Assembly (NCBI RefSeq): GCF_030389965.1
Contig: NZ_CP128399.1
Location: 2,670,799-2,702,798, forward strand
Source: Candidatus Chlorohelix allophototropha
GTDB lineage: Bacteria > Chloroflexota > Chloroflexia > Chloroheliales > Chloroheliaceae
Direction of reading: 5' to 3'
Length of the DNA stretch: 32,000 nt
A model generated the notes under the pieces. It searched no databases. It was not told the DNA's origin and saw only the letters and a list, made by a program, of their open reading frames with translations. Numbering within the stretch: the first letter of the stretch is position 1; every line of letters starts with the position of its first letter. The position numbers were made by a program, and so were the translations under genes. Below are positions 31,356 through 32,000 of the stretch, piece after piece.

Positions 31356-32000
31356 ATGCGAGTCATTTTATATGTAGGTAAAGGTGGGGTCGGAAAAACC
31401 ACCATTTCAGCAGCTACCGCTGTACGCGCCGCCCAAATGGGCTACCGTACATTAGTTGTAAGCACGGATACAGCACACAGTTTAGCTGATGCCTTTGATC
31501 TTAACCTTAAATCGGTTCCAGATAAAGTAGCAGATAACCTTTGGGCACAAGAGATAAACGTTCTGGATGAAGTACGCTCGAATTGGGGCAAGCTGGAAAG
31601 CTATTTTGCTACCATGCTTAAGAAAAAAGGCGCTGATGATGTTATTGCTGAAGAATTGGCGCTTCTGCCCGGTATGGATGAATTGATCAGTTTGCTTCAA
31701 ATTCTACGGCATAGCCGGAGTGGTGATTATGATGTCATCTTTATTGATGCTGCCCCTACCGGTGAAACTGTCCGGCTTTTAAGTATGCCCGATATGTTTA
31801 CTTGGTACTCTGATAGGGTTGCAACTTGGCATAATAGCACCATGAAATTAGCAGGGGCTATAATCAAACCGTTAATGCCGCGCAACAATGTTTTCGACGC
31901 AATACCCGATATAACCCAACAGGTTGATTTGCTGCGCACTACACTTACCAGCCCTAAACAAGCCTCTTACCGGATAGTAGTTAATCCCGAAAAGATGGTG
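31356..32000 (+). CDS. ArsA/Get3-family ATPase (3'-truncated by the window edge)
   Basis: Absent from the ORF track because it has no stop in the window. My translation from ATG 31356 (GGGAG SD 8 nt upstream) stays open for 215 codons: 'MRVILYVGKGGVGKTTISAATA' (P-loop), 'VVSTDTAHSLADAF', 'VIFIDAAPTGETVRLL', 'VVNPEKM'. Confidence 0.8.
   Translation, partial: MRVILYVGKGGVGKTTISAATAVRAAQMGYRTLVVSTDTAHSLADAFDLNLKSVPDKVADNLWAQEINVLDEVRSNWGKLESYFATMLKKKGADDVIAEELALLPGMDELISLLQILRHSRSGDYDVIFIDAAPTGETVRLLSMPDMFTWYSDRVATWHNSTMKLAGAIIKPLMPRNNVFDAIPDITQQVDLLRTTLTSPKQASYRIVVNPEKMV

Noticed and set aside
1-32000. Scan for CRISPR arrays, rRNA/tRNA genes and long perfect repeats.
   Set aside because: By eye I found no periodic 25-40 bp direct repeats with unique spacers and no rRNA- or tRNA-like conserved blocks. 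The only notable DNA-level repeats are the 85-bp pair flanking the islet and the intragenic duplication at 19207..19746.

Overview
About 50% GC bacterial chromosomal window. Gene content (bchF, a PucC/BCD-type MFS transporter, Chloroflexi-style secreted repeat proteins) suggests a phototrophic, Chloroflexota-like organism, but this taxon guess is inference only. Left to right: a membrane-anchored alpha/beta-hydrolase; an iorB-like/iorA 2-oxoacid:ferredoxin oxidoreductase pair with a divergent Lrp/AsnC regulator; a HEAT-repeat protein; and a minus-strand operon of a MtrA-like/ThyA-like fusion enzyme plus a NUDIX hydrolase. Next come an abbreviated phenylacetate-type cluster (mini PaaX-like, paaK, EthD-like, crotonase, lone PaaA-like di-iron protein, thiolase), two large secreted proteins (BNR propeller; 4x FN3), and a three-gene Mg2+ locus (soluble PRC-MgtE_N-CBS protein, NRMT-like Nramp, CorA). 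The window ends with an SDR epimerase-like gene, a PucC-like transporter, bchF, a hypothetical and a 3'-truncated ArsA/Get3-type ATPase. The main finding is a ~3.1 kb strongly AT-rich islet (9377..12505) wedged between the ThyA-like gene and its ancestral promoter. It is bracketed by diverged ~85 bp direct repeats that duplicate the gene's RBS, start codon and first 27 codons. It carries two translationally coupled genes: a 624-aa ABC/SMC-type ATPase with a very long insert between Walker A and Walker B, and a 355-aa protein in which I recognise no domain. I interpret this as a horizontally acquired, possibly undescribed two-gene anti-phage defence module. The stranded ancestral promoter region contains a cluster of consensus DnaA boxes. 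No rRNA, tRNA, CRISPR array, integrase or transposase was recognised.
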